From contig CP075492.1 of NCBI GenBank assembly GCA_021613535.1, positions 5,828,001-5,892,000 on the forward strand: a stretch of 64,000 bases of DNA, in the 5' to 3' direction. The translations under genes and the position numbers were made by a program. Below are positions 14,289-34,812 of the stretch, one piece after another (the stretch's first letter is position 1; every line of letters starts with the position of its first letter). The notes beneath the pieces are model-generated. The model did not search any database, was not told the origin of the DNA, and was given only the letters and a program-made list of their open reading frames with translations. Source of the stretch: Adineta vaga. Taxonomy: Eukaryota; Animalia; Rotifera.

Positions 14289-15568
14289 TCATTTAATTAG
14301 AAATAAAAGGAAAGAAAAACTAAAAATATAATGAATTGATTGCATTAGCAACGAACAATCTGATGTCATTGTCGTTGATGGCTTTGAACTGCTTCTTTCA
14401 CTTGTCGTTGAAATTGTTGTTTTTAAAGTAGTAGTAGTAGTAGTAGACGTCGGATCAGATGTTATTGTTGTTTGGAAGATGGAACCAAATATTGAATCAA
14501 CGAGAATACTAGCATTGTTTACAACATTTTCAATTATTGTGATACTTTGAACTGTTTGAAATTGATATTCACTATCGTCAAACTGTTGTTTGAAAATTCC
14601 ATCTTTGATAATCATATTTACCATACTTGCACCGAACTATCAAAGAATTATTTATCAAGAGCAAGACAAATCAATATTTTCCTACATTTTTATTATTGGT
14701 AGTTTCAAAGTCATGAATGCATGCAAGTAATGCATGATCACGAGTTTTGTAATCATTTGGTAAGTTTAACAGAGCTCGAGCTTGATCACTGGCTAGTAGA
14801 TACATTTCGCATATTGACTTTGAGGTTCGATTAAAACGATTATCCTCTACAATATTGTTTTCAATGAAACATTTATCGGTTGATGGTGTTATACAGAGAC
14901 CATTCGATTGCCGAATCAATTCAGTGGGCATACGAATACTAATGTCATACCATTTATACTAAAGGATATGAATAAGGAATATCTTTGATAAAAAAAGAAA
15001 GAAAGTATATACTTGATATTGATGCGGAGTAATGGAGATATATAAATCTGGAATGGCATAGAATATTTCCATATGTACTGAACTTGGATATCTAATTCGA
15101 ATTTCTATTTATAAAAACAAAAATTACGTAATGATTTTTAAATCAACAGTTTGTATGATTACCTGAACTTTTACAATTTTGTTCGTGATCAGTTATTGTG
15201 CAAAGTGTTTCATTATTTCTCATAAATGTCATATTAAACTAAGAATCAAATTATAAAAGTTCTATTCCTCTCATAAAATCTTACTTTCTCTATCAACCAT
15301 GTGTCATGTTGCATACTTGCTTCGATTTGAACATAATTATTTTGAAGAATCAAATGTTCACCGGATAGTTTACACCAATATCGATTTTGTGCTGATTCTA
15401 ATTGTTCCGAAAAGAGAATGATATGTGGATCACCATAGAAATGACATACGCTAATGTTTTCACTTTCGACTAAAATAATATTGATCATTTTCTTCGATTG
15501 ATAATTTCAATATGAACCTTACCCTGATTGATGAGACAGGCTAACATTAATATTATGCTGAGTTTCAT
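14289..15568 (-). CDS. RGM (repulsive guidance molecule)-like / partial vWF-D protein, probably GPI-anchored
   Basis: Signal peptide exon MKLSIILMLACLINQ, then CHFYGDPH, CKLSGEHLILQNNYVQI, ACIHDFETT, a Thr/Ser stalk and a hydrophobic C-terminal tail. Confidence 0.7.
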
Positions 15569-16114
15569 AATAGTCATCAAATGTACTCTTTGAAAAAATA
15601 CTGACGTCTCGAACTTAATCTATCATATGAATTTATAAGTATGTTGATAAATATGGATTGTTGATAAGTATAAAACACTGAGTAGTTATAGATTTAGTAT
15701 TTGACGAAAGAAAAAGAAATATGATATGATGATTGACATAACAAATATTGAGATTTAGAAAGGATTTTCATATTGCTTAACAGCAATATTGTCTTGTTCC
15801 ATCACTGAATTTTCATTATCTCTCCACTTGAATTGAAGATAATAATGATTATTATTTGAATTATTCATACGTATTGAGTAAGCCTATTATGTGAAACTTT
15901 ATCAACTATTTAATTTTCTTTTACGAAAATTCAAAGAAAACCGAAATGCTTTTGCACATAAGAACATTTAAAGATTCTATTTCATGCGAAATATCTATAA
16001 CGAACAACAACTGAATACAGCCGAAAAAAAATAAAAGATTACAAAGTGATTATATGTCTCGTGGAGATCGATTTGTCTCCATATACTGACTAGAAAAACA
16101 AATGCATGTTAATA

Positions 16115-19100
16115 TTAAATTTCTTGTTTAAAGTCATGTAAATTTGTCATCGATGATGGTCGTGGTAGAAATGAATCAAAATATGGATAATGATGAGTTG
16201 ATTGAAAAAACGGTGTTGGAAATGATGATGATGATTCTTTTCTTGCTGAGATTAATTCCGATCGATTCATAAGAGAATCATTCTCATTTGATGTTTGTTG
16301 ATATTTTAATAATCGTGATTTATTTTCTTCATCGGAATCCATAGATATTCCCGGATGTATTGATAGTTTCTTTTGTTCATTCATTGGTATAACATCACAA
16401 TCATCCGAATCATCATTATTATCTGTATCATCTTCATCACTCCATGAAGTTACACCAATCGATGAACTTGTTTCATTTTCTGTATAACGTAAACATTTCT
16501 TTTTTCGTTTACAATGTTTACACCAATTTGCTTGTTGATCAAGACCAAATCTTGCGCGACATTTCTTCTGATTGAGACATTCTGTTGTTTTGTTTTGTTT
16601 TTTTCAAAAGAAAAATCTTTAATTATGAATTAATATAAAAGATTACTTACCGGCATTATCACTGGAATTTTTTTCTCGTTTTTTTCCTTTATTTCCACGT
16701 TTTTTTCGTGCACCATAATTGTCTCGAGCTGACCAACCAGGATACAATTGCATATGTCTCATTCGTTCATCTCGTGCCATATCATAATATTTCTGTTGAA
16801 CATTTCGATCAAGTTCATGCCACTAATTATTTATCGATAAGAAATATAAACTAACAATACAAAATTGAAACTTACTTTTCGACCAAGAATTTGATTAATT
16901 GCAGCACTTTCACGTAACGTACATTCTTGTACAACTTGTGCACGTTGTTCTTTCATAAATAACATGAAAGCATTGAGAGGTTTTTTGATATGAGATTTTT
17001 TTGATTTTGAAACACTTTGTCCAATGGATTGTTTATGTTGTGGTGATGGTTGAGAATTATTGTCGATGAAACGACGAATATGTGTCGATCGTTTTTGAGA
17101 TGATGATGAAATGGAATGAGATGGTGAATTTTGTGGAAGTGGATAACCAGGTGGAAGGACAAAAGGAAACATTGATGGACGCCTAGAATAACGAAATATG
17201 TCAAATGTAGATAGGAAAATATGAATGGATACAAACCAATGTTGAGAGTATGGTGATGAGAAAGATGTAGGTGATGATAATGGATACATTGAATTGGGCA
17301 TACCTAAATGGTGAAGAGAAGTCGATCAATCTGAATTCAATTTTTATCAAATTAAGATCATGGAGACCAGAGATTTTCAACTCCATCCATTCCTTTCTGA
17401 ATTATTTTTATTTTTATCTATATGTCATTAAAAAATCGATCATCATCAATGATTTCTCTTGAAAATCATTCATTCTTTTCCATAGATAGTATTTGAATCA
17501 ATATCGAAGTATTCAATGTCCTTCATTCAATCTCGAGCATTTTTTTGTTTCTTCCATTTATAGTTCATTAAAAAAAAAGCTTCTCTAAATAATTTAACTA
17601 TGAATATTCCTCAATTAAGATCAAAGAGAAATGAAAAAAAAAGAAAAGATTTCTTTTCGTTAAAAATAAAGTATAATACGCATGAATTCTCATCTAGCAA
17701 ACAGTAAATTTTTGTTTATTAAACTATCTTGATTATCGGACATATTCTCTCACTCTCATATTCCATTCTCTTTTATTCTCTCATTGTCTTGGATCTCGTT
17801 AACAAGATCATTTTCCACTTTGTTAAACGTCAACTAATGACATGTATGTCGATTAGTATTGCATGACTAATTTTGCTTGTTTGCATCTCGATGCTCACCT
17901 ATTATTCTTCATCAAATCAAATCGATCGATCGATCGATCGTCTTTCTTTTCTCCTACGAAAGTAGATATCAAAAGAAAGAAAGATTTATTTTAATCAAGT
18001 ACTAAATGTATTTCCTATTTCCCGACGGACAAATAATTGATTTTCTATTGAGTAGTACGTGAAGATGAATCGTTTGTTTTAAAGTATAACGTCATGAGTA
18101 ATTCAGAATAAATGATTAACTTCGTTTTCTTTCTATATGTAAAGAGCTAGAATGCAAACAACTTCACCTCATCAATGAAACAATTAGAGAAAACTGAAAG
18201 TTTCTTTTAAATAATAGATTAACTTGCTTACCTGTAGATTGATCAATGTTTAAATTTGAATTAGTCATATGAGCTGGTGGTGGTGGTGGTGACATAAATT
18301 TTGATAGAGATTCTAATGAAGGCATTTTATCCTAAAAAAAGAAATCGATCTTTTTATTTCATCGTCAAAAATTTGAACAAAGATGAAACGCAAATTCATT
18401 CGTGCGTTGAGATCTTTTCTTCTTCATTTTAAATATCCAAAACGGATCTATTAAAAATCTTCACTTCATTACTTTTTCAATAAATAACCTTTTGATAAGA
18501 GAGAGGGAGAGAGATAGAAGACAAATTTTTATCTGATTGTCTTCTAACAATAACAAATTAGTTTCGAATTATTTTGTTATCAAGAAACGATGGAAATGTT
18601 AATGAGAAATAGACAAGAGATAAACTCTAATCGAACCATATTGTACAACTTACAAAATTTTGCATGGAATTATTCGTATGATAATAAGGTGAAATAAAAT
18701 ATGGAAAAAAACTATGAAATTGTTGTTCACTGTTCAAACGATCTGTAATAAACAAAAAATGAATAGTTTAATAGAAAAGAAAAATATATATCGAGCAAAT
18801 CATACCAGTTAGATTTATTGATGATGATGACGATGATGATGATTGTTGTGGTGATGACTAAAGGAAAATTTTGTTATTCAGAAAGATGAAATTCAATGTC
18901 GAATTTGTCTACTTCTTCTTCTTTGATAATAGGTGAAAGTCGATCACTATTTTCATCTCCATCGATAGTAACATCATCTTCATGTTTTTCACATTCAAAC
19001 ACTTTCACTTCATCCGTGTCGTTTGTATTATTATCACCGATGCCATTGGGATCTGATGTTGTTAATAAGATTGATGAAGACTTGTCCATTGTTGTCATCA

Positions 19101-19400
19101 CTCGTTTTAATGATGATGATTTGATGGAAAGATCAAGTGTTAAATCGTTTGCACTCGGCTAAAATTTAGATTCTTTGATTATATTAAAGAAAAACTCAAT
19201 CTACAAAAAGACTTTCGTTCCAAAAAAAGGAACTCGTTTCAATAGCGGCATCACTTTTTCCATCTTTTCTCTTTCTCTCTCACTCACTCTCTATTTATCT
19301 ATCTATCTATCTACTTTTTTTTTCTTCTTCTCTTTTATTAAAATGAGAGAAAAAGACAAAGAGGAAAAAAAGAACTTACTAGGATGATATTTGTCGGCAT
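16115..19400 (-). CDS. TCF: TCF/LEF (pangolin-like) HMG-box transcription factor with C-clamp
   Basis: Beta-catenin-binding [14 protein letters not shown] motif, HMG box [41 protein letters not shown]...[10 protein letters not shown], and C-clamp [25 protein letters not shown]. Short first exon MPTNIIL at 19400-19380 is inferred. Confidence 0.95.
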
Positions 19401-21850
19401 TAGTAATTATATTTTATAACTATAATCATATGATTATAATACTAAAAAGTCAATGAATGAGTATGAGTTAAGATCAATTACATAAAAATAACTCTTTTAA
19501 TTATATCGAATGTTGAAAATTACAAACTAAAGAATAGAAATGATCATAAAAAAAAGATTTGCCTTTGAGGAAAGAAGAAAGAACAATTCAAGGGCCTTCA
19601 TATGAGAATGAAAGAGAAGTAGCGGGCATCGATGAAAACTGACCAACGTACATTCTTTCTCATTCGTATGTATATGCGTACACGCGCGCGCATTGACCTT
19701 CACTGTCTATCTAATAGGGTATGTTTTTGTATTGATCTAAAGAACACACGACACAATAGCGCGCCGTCCATCGGCGAGCAAACCAAAAACAGAAGAAGAA
19801 GAAGAAAAAAATTGAGAGAAAGAGAAATTTGTTCATTCATCTTTATCCTTTCGATGTACAGATGTAGATGAACAACAGCAATATAAAAGTGAACATGTCA
19901 AATACAACAAATAAAGAAGAAGAAGAAGAAGAAGAAAAAAATGAGCATTTCTTTTCGTTAATCATACACTATATTATCATCAAACGAGATTATATACATC
20001 GTTTTTCAATCGATACATGTTGGTTTGTCAATTGTTCGATCTGAGTGGTATTAAAATGTGGACTAGCGTTTCGAACGAGTTTTATTTGGTTATGAGAAAG
20101 TACTCAACATTATGCTAAAACAAACATTCTCATACTGAAATCTTATATATTTGATGTACATATGGATTCAAAGATAATGAATGAGACTGAACGGACGAAA
20201 ATGGTCTGCTAGTATCTTTTGTTTCAGTTATTCTGATATAAAAACATTTATTTTTACGTTTTGTCATGTTTCTGTGATTATTGATAAAAGTAGTTCATAG
20301 AAAAGAAAAATTTGTCTTCTATTATGATTTCTTCACTTAATGATGTATTGATCCATATGAAAAATATTGTCACCTTGTACGTGAAAAAGACAAATGTAAA
20401 AGTTTATTTTTATATAATTCCATGGACATATTTCGTTAATGGTGTCTTCTTAGTATTCTATACACAATAATAAAAGTAACAAAAATAACGAACACGTAGA
20501 TGTGAAAACATATTTAATGTATACAAATCATTTAGATGATTCGTTTGTCGAAATGTTTGACAGGCTTTTTGTAGAAAAAATATGATTGACTGATTATTAC
20601 TACTACTACTACTATCAACTGTCCTTGAGATGAAGTCAAGGGTTCGATTGTCTATCATTTCCCTATACATACATATATATATATATATACGTGAGTAATA
20701 TTGTATAATGTCAGAAGGATATATCAACAAGTGCTGGATTCTTTTATTCGATGATATAATCGATGCTAATCAAATATGTAACATGAATTTATGTTCATAT
20801 TTCTACGTAAGTATTCTTTATTATTGTTGTCATCGTTAAGCAAAAAAGAAACTTATTCATAAAACAACTGAAGAAAAAGAAAAGACATTCTCATCATCAA
20901 ATACAGTTTGTTTTTTTCTCTCCTAAGAGTTATAATGTAAGTATACTACATATATATATATATATATGTATATGATGATGAGATGATTGTTAAGTTGTCA
21001 GTATTATTCTTTGCATTTGTTTCATTTTAGATTTAAAAGCAATGTATATAGACAAGAATAGAGATATTAGATAGGAAGAAAATGAGAGTAAAGGTATCTC
21101 CTCTCTCTCTCTCTCTATGTTGTCTCGTTACAAGTGATTATTTTATTATAGATACGACGATAAAGATCCTCTTGCATTATCTGTTACTACCCGAAAAGTT
21201 AGACGATAACAAAAATCTGACAACAATCATTGTCCTTCTCTTGTGGCTTTGAATAGCATGAGCTAGACTAAAGGATGATGATGGCGTGTATATGTGTTTA
21301 CCGCTTTGATATATACTCCTTCTTAGAGTAACTTGAGTACATAAGAAAAAGATATGATTGTACAAAATAAACTCATTTCATTTTTTGATCAATCGACGTT
21401 TAGACAAGTTAGTTGAAGAAATTATTTTCTCGCGTTTTGAACAATCTCGATTTCTTATCATTATTATTAGTAAAAGAAAAACGATTGTAAAATTCTTCAA
21501 GATAAAACATCATAAAAAGAAAAGATACGAAATTCGAACTCATAAATTGACAGAAAAAAAAGTGAGAGAAAGCAAAAAAAACTGTTTTGTCCTATTTGAT
21601 AAATCTAATTCGTCTGTTTTATAACAACGTTTGATTAGAGTTTTGTTTTTTCTTCTTCTTATGTTTAGTCACTATCAATAGTTCAATCAATTAAGTCATA
21701 TCTATACACAAGTGTCTGTCTCGTGTTAGGACATACGACCGATTGTGTTTTTTATTGTTCGGATCGAAAAAGAACAATCACGACCAGACATTTGACGTTC
21801 TCTTTTAGAAAATAACCATTACATACGAATGCAGAACTTGTCTTTTGAAA

Positions 21851-24799
21851 ATGAATTCATTATTATATGATGCGATTGAACAATCTTTGGCCAATCTTTT
21901 AAAAACTTCTTCACTTACTCATTTATTAACACAAGATCGTGAACAATTGATAACACAATCCTATTTTATCTCGTATTATCATCCAAATATCGATCGAGAT
22001 AAAGCAGAACAATTACTAAAAATTAAATATTTCAAATCGAAATTAGATGGATTATTTTTAATACGAAATTGTACAACTTCTTCACAAGATTTTAGTTTAT
22101 CATTGATTTATAACGATCGATGTTATCATTACAAAATACAACTTATTTATGACATCGTTTTTTCCATCGGTATACAATGACGTCGTTCTTTATGTTATCG
22201 ATTTTCATGTTTTATTCTTCTAGATTCAGGACCACAAATTGCCGGTATAGATAATTTAGTACGTTACTATCAACAACGTGCTGATGGACTTATTTGTACA
22301 CTTTCCACTGAATTTATACATGATCAACCACCACCACTTGCAGTTCGATGTATTGGTACGACAAATACACTTCATCAAGCATGCAAACAAGGCAGTACTG
22401 ATATAGTGAAAAGAATTCTTTCATCAGAATATAATAATTATCGACCTGATGTTAGTGGAAAAGATTCTCATGGTTCGACAGCACTTCATGAAGCAAGTTA
22501 TTTAGGTTACGATGAAATTGTTCGATTATTAATCACAGCAAAATGTAATGTTCTTCTTCGAGATGCAAATGGTGCGACTGCATTACATCGAGTAAATAAA
22601 GTTCGAAAATTTCAGAAAAATAAATTTTCATTCGTTTTCTTTAGGCAGCAGCAGGAAATCATTCATCAACATTATTGATTTTAATTAAAGAAGGTTTAAT
22701 AGACTATGAAGAACGTAATTATAAAAACTCTTGGGTACCATTACATGAAGCAGCATTTCATAATTCTGTTGATTCTATTCAAGTTTTACTTGATTGTGGT
22801 GCACCATTACGTCCACGTACGGATCAAGGTAAAACTCCTCTACAATTAGCTGAAGAAGGTCAATGTACTGAATCGATTCTTCTGTTACGTCAATATAAAA
22901 CTCCCCCGGCAAAATCATCACGTCTCGATTGGTTTCATGATCAATTATATTTTGATCGTTTTGCAGCTAAACAATTAATTGAATCAATTAAAACTGATTC
23001 GTCAAATGGAATGTTTGTGGTTCGTTTTAGTTCACAAAATTTGAAGAATTATGCTTTAACACTTTATTATGAAAAAGAATTTTATAATTTTGAAATCATC
23101 TGTCTGGATGAAACGAGTTTTTATATTGATGATGGACCTTATTTTGAATCACTTGAGCATTTAATCGATCACTATTGTCGAATACCTGATGGATTACCAA
23201 CGATATTAACTTGTTCAATAAATCAAGTAAAAGAAATTATTCCAAGTTGTGTACAATCATTTATAAAATCCCAAACGAATCGTAATACAACAGGTACGTG
23301 TCTTTATCTTTAGATATCAATGATGATTTTATATCACATTTTTTTCTTAGAAATTTCATTACCTACAAAACCAATTATTGTTCAACAAACAAGTACGAAT
23401 ACAATAAAAATTATTCCTAAAAACTCTCAACTATTACCGTCGACTTCTCGTTCGAAATTTCCTTCTTCTCTTAGTAGTTCTATTACTTCACTCAATTCTT
23501 CAACATCTCGTTCACGTGCTTCATCAACACAAGAAAGTCCATTATCAACATCATCGTCCTGTGCATCACTTGCCAGTAATAGTCCAATAAAACAAACAGT
23601 ATCATCAGCTCCACATGAAAGTTCTATTCGAGATCGACGGAAAACGGTGAATGATAAACTTTCTTCATATGCACCAGAGCTTGAGAAAGAAGCGAAAATT
23701 AAACGATTAACAACACCAATTGTAACACTTGAAAGACAAAAATCATCGAAACTCAAACATATTTCACCCGATCGAATTCAACAAATTGCAAAACTAGGTG
23801 AAGGAGAATTTGGTGAAGTCTACGAAGGTTTTTATCAAGAAAATTCTTGTGCCGTACCTGTCCCAGTCGCTATCAAAGTTTTAAAAGATTATTCTTATTC
23901 TGCGAAACAAGATTTTCTTCGTGAAGCCGAACATATGTCTCGATTAGATCATCAGTGTATTTGTAAATTATATGGAATTGTTGATTCAAATAATAATATG
24001 ATGATGATGATTATTGAATTACTTCTTCTTGGATCAATGGTCGATTATCTTTGGAAACATCGATTAACAATCAGTGAATATCGATTAAAATTATGGGCAT
24101 CACAGATTGCAGATGGAATGGAATATATGGAATACAAAGGAATTATTCATCGTGATTTAGCAGCTAGAAATATTCTTCTACAATCGATTGATCAAGTTAA
24201 AATTAGGTAAAAGTTAAATTAGAAGTAAAAATTACTTCATGTCAAATATAATCGATTCTAGTGATTTTGGTTTATCGAGATGTATTGATCCCGATATTTA
24301 TGTACAGAAATCGGATGGGAAAATTCCAGTTAAATGGTATGCACCGGAAGCAATTAGTGTAGGAAGATTTACGTCCAAATCTGATGTTTGGTCATTTGGT
24401 GTGACTTTATGGGAAATGTTTTCATATGCTTCAACTCCTTATGGTTCGTCTCGTCTAGTCTATTCTATTTTCTATTTTCTATTTTCTATGAGATATTTAC
24501 TTTTAGGTGATATGAGTGGTAGTGAAGTGTATTATTCTTTAAAACATGGCAATCGACTTAATCGACCAGCAGGTTGTCCATTACCTATGTATCAAATCAT
24601 GCTACTCTGTTGGAAATGGGATGAAAAACAGCGACCGACATTTTATCAACTTGTTCGTTTGATAAAAAACGAATTTGTTGATCGTCAAACGAATAAAACA
24701 TTCCGACGATCTATATCAGTCTTCGATGAAATTCATACGGAGAAAGAGAATGTTTCAGATAAAACTGATCAACATTCAAAGAAAATTATTCAATTTTGA
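21851..24799 (+). CDS. shark: Shark/HTK16-type non-receptor tyrosine kinase (SH2-ankyrin-SH2-kinase)
   Basis: SH2 (GLFLIRN), ankyrin repeats (GSTALHEA, WVPLHEAA), second SH2 (GMFVVRFS), Ser-rich linker, and kinase LGEGEFG/VAIK/HRDLAARN/DFG/IPVKWYAPE. Confidence 0.93.
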
Positions 24800-25733
24800 T
24801 TGGAAATGCTCCATGTCAACATTGAACCGGTCCTTCTTCTTCTTTTTTTTGCACCTGTGAAAATGTTTGTAAATATTCTTTGCTTGCGTTTTTCTTATTT
24901 TGTTAAATTATATAGGCACAGAAAAAAGAACATTTCTTTCTTCATCATCATCATCATCATCATCCTTGACTATAAAATTCATTTTAATAATTTTTTGCCT
25001 TTTACCAGCCATCATCCGGTATATACATTTTCTTCTTTGTTCAACCGGATGTGAAAATTTCCTTAATACGACCATGTATGTATGTAGAAGATCATACAAG
25101 CATATATCTATTAACTAATTTCATTTTCACCATCTAACTGAATAGTAATGCAGAAAGCAAAATCGAACAAGCAAAAAGATTGTCGTTTTATGCTTGTTGA
25201 CTATAAAGACAATCTTTTAAGTATAAGAAGAAGAACAATCATGTCTGAAGGCATTTTGTTGAAAATGCTTGAACACAATCGCTGATCAGTAATGCACGAG
25301 ATTGATAAGTATCGTCAATTAGATTCGTTATTCTTTTTTCTCTCTCTCTCTCTCTGTATCGGAGACATTCATTCCAAAACCTCACAGCAATGATTTAATC
25401 GACATTGTCTGATACGTTTTTTTTTCTCTTTGAGACGAAACCTTCCGACAAAATTCTTTTTCCGTTGTATGTTACGTTCGATTTACAATCAATGTAGAGA
25501 GAATTATGTTATAGTAGTAATGAATGAGAAAAAAAGAGCAACGACTACGTAACTTTTAAGATAAAATAGAAGAACGATTGAGTTTGATGATAGTTTCTAT
25601 CAACGTAACATTGCCATTTTTCAGATAGGATGATACGAACAACCTCTAATATTGATGATATATCACTTTATATGTATTCCAACGTCATTATCTTCTTCAT
25701 TGAAGATAAATACATGAAAAGAGAACAAGTATA

Positions 25734-27515
25734 ATGTTTCCACGTCGAATAATCAGATATGCTGTATCTTCACAAACGAAAATATTAATGAACGATCAAC
25801 AACAAGTATATCCTGTTGAAATACTTTTCGAAGAACAAGTGATATTGAGTGATGGATATGCAAAACCTTATCCTGTATTACTGCAATTAACATCAGAATC
25901 ACTTATTATTCAACCTTCCAATACAATTCCACTATTGCCATTGAATAATCAAAATGATCAAATAGTCACACCACGACAAGTAACTATTCTACGACATCCA
26001 ATCACACGTTCCCTAGGATTTTGGATTAAAGGTGGTTTCGATACTGGTAAATAAGTTCACTAATCTAAAAGAATTGTTTTATCTGAAGTTCTTTTTTCGC
26101 TTTTCAGGCTTTCCAATTCTTATCTCTCGTGTTCTTGATAGTAGTGCTAATTCATTAAACATTGGTGATACGATTTTAAGTATCAATAATGAAGATGTAT
26201 CGAGTTTAAATCATGATCAAGTTATAAATAAACTACGTGATACACCTGGTAATCAAATTACTTTAACGGTTAAATATATGAAAGAAATGGCTACATATTT
26301 ACAATTAAGTACGAAAAAATCTCGACCCACATCAACATCATTAGTTATACATAATAGTTTAACATTACCAAGAAAATATTTAATTCAAGATAAAAAGCAA
26401 GAACAAAAACGTATGTCAGCAGAATATCCACTCGAATATCGAGATGATACTAAACATCAACGATGGTCATTATTGATGCCTGATCAAGTAAAAGTAAGAA
26501 AATTCTATACAAGACATTTTTTATTTCAATAATGAAATAATTATTGTACGTTAATGATTTATGTTTGTAGAAAAATGGTAATTTTGAATTTGGTCATGTA
26601 AATACACAAAAATATTCGCTTCTCTATGCCTATGTTACTCAATATTTAAATGGTACCGATAAACTACGTACTAATTCTTTTCAAATACATACTCTCAATG
26701 GTTTTCGAACGGGTATCATCATAACCAATACTTCTCTTCAACAAAATATGTGGATATCTCGTATAAATATGGTTATACGTAATTTAACTACACGTATTCT
26801 ATCTGAATTGAATCAAACATTATTATCTAATGAACAGATCTTCTATACAACATGGGTTCATGAACGAGATATTAATCCTCATGAAAATCTCCTTCCACAA
26901 TGGAAAGCAATATTTATTGTATTCAAAGGTAGTGATTTGTATATCTTTGATGGGAATAGATCTCCACCATTACGTCTTTATGATTTCATCTGTTGTACAC
27001 GTATTTATCCTCTCATTGAAGTTTTCATTGAAACCGTTTCATTAAAAGATTGTCTTGATAATCGTCGATATTGTTTTACATTAACATTATTGAATGATGC
27101 GAAAATTGAATGTCGATATTTAAATTTTGAACGTAAAGTAGAATATGATGATTTCATCTTAAATTATCAACGATCACTTTATATATCTATTTATTCTATT
27201 CGAAATCGAACATTTGGTTGTCTATTTCAAGGACAAATCTGTCGATTGATCGTCGATATTCAGAAAGGATTTGAATTGTATAATAATCAAACGAATAATC
27301 TTTTATGGGCCTATTCATTTGAACAACTTCATTCAAGTTCAGATAATGGTCGAGATGAAATCTATTTTCAATTTAATTATTATTCAACATTCGATAACAA
27401 TGAAAATACAACACATATCGATATACAATGTCAACATTTAAAACAACTCATTCATGTAATTAATGCTTTTTTAACTGTGAAATTTCTCGGTCAAAAAGAA
27501 GATACGATTACCTAA
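25734..27515 (+). CDS. Gamma-syntrophin-like PDZ/split-PH adaptor
   Basis: PDZ (SLGFWIKGG, PILISRV, IGDTILSIN..HDQVI), PH continuation SLLYAYVTQYLNGTDKLRTNSF, a second PH, and LLWAYSFEQLHSSSDNG syntrophin-unique-like motif. Confidence 0.72.
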
Positions 27516-27578
27516 ATAAGACAATAATATTTATTGAATTTCATTTATACAGTTTAGAACTATATGGTGTAGAGGATT

Positions 27579-29462
<1,884 letters not shown>

Positions 29463-30021
29463 GAATTTTTTTTGTCTATATTCTGAAAGAAAATGACAGA
29501 TTGTTTTAAAAGGAAAAGAACGTGCAAAAGAGAAGGAAAAGAGAGAAATCTATCTACGTACTTGACAAGAGAAGTACTAAATACACATAATCGATAAGAA
29601 TTTTAACTGACAAACATTCTTTTCTTCACTTTCTCTCTTTCTTTCTATGCAATCAACTTCATGATAGTAGTGATAGCAACTAGCGACTACTACAATGTCT
29701 AATAACGATTATAAAGTAATAAATTAAGAAGTATGTCAGTGTTTAGGCATATGACGGATACGAATGAACGAGCGGAAGAAAACGAGGAAGTAAAACATAT
29801 GTTAAATATTTTATCATCATACAATTAACGATGCATGTATAGAAATAGTATTAACAGAGAAAAGAAATAGAATGAAATTTGATTAGAAAAAGAAAGAAAT
29901 AATCAAAAAAAAACGTTTGCTTTTTTGACATATGAACTAATTACTGATGATCAAATTATTAAGATTCAATACTATTCTTTTCTTTGTAGATTTTTCATTA
30001 GTAATGATCTATAGTTTCCTT

Positions 30022-30034
30022 GTTACTTAGTAAC
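30022..30034. promoter_or_regulatory. Palindromic RFX X-box between the two meckelin copies
   Basis: GTTACTTAGTAAC fits GTNRCY-N-RGYAAC exactly and lies about 560 bp upstream of the truncated copy's ATG. Confidence 0.55.
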
Positions 30035-30253
30035 AGCATGGCAGAATGCTTTTTTTTCCTAAACGGCACATTAACATTGAATGATCTTTCAATTATCAGA
30101 CATGCAATCTCCTCTACTAATGTGCCCATAAAGTCAATAGTAGGTAACTTTCAAGAAGTTTTATCTTTATGTTTATTATGTCTGCTAATACAAAGAGAAA
30201 AATCTTTTATTTAATAGAAGAAAAAAACAAAAAATTCACACTTATTAAAACAT

Positions 30254-34583
<4,330 letters not shown>

Positions 34584-34812
34584 TCTTTTTAGTTCCTTAA
34601 AAAGAAGAAAAGGAATGAATGAATGAATGAATGAATAAGTAATCATATGAATTTAATCTTTCTTTCGCGTTGCTAAGAAATAACCATTAGAAATACTAGA
34701 GAACAAATCTGATTGGTTGAGACATTTCTCTAATCAAGTAATAGTTGTAGTTAGTTCATTCATTCATTCATTATATATATCATTTCATTTCATCTCTTCT
34801 AGTCGAAAATTA
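34584..34812. promoter_or_regulatory. Compact bidirectional promoter TMEM67/DNM1L
   Basis: Divergent ATGs about 230 bp apart; X-box-like GTTGCTAAGAAAT at 34669-34681; inverted CCAAT near 34712; mirrored (GAAT)n and (TTCA)n tracts. Confidence 0.55.

Noticed and set aside
17618-19568. CTTTGA(T)-type TCF sites in and upstream of the TCF gene (autoregulation)
   Set aside because: Such short AT-rich motifs are expected by chance at this base composition; conservation data are needed.
19401-21850. Short ORFs and possible ncRNA in the TCF-Shark intergenic region
   Set aside because: Only microsatellite-like (AT, GA, GAA) tracts and AT-rich spurious ORFs; no recognisable RNA structure.
23427-23756. 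Minus-strand 109-aa ORF (and similar ORFs at 18896-19162, 50168-50455, 52726-53019)
   Set aside because: Antisense to low-complexity Ser/Thr-rich exons of real genes; no independent protein signal.
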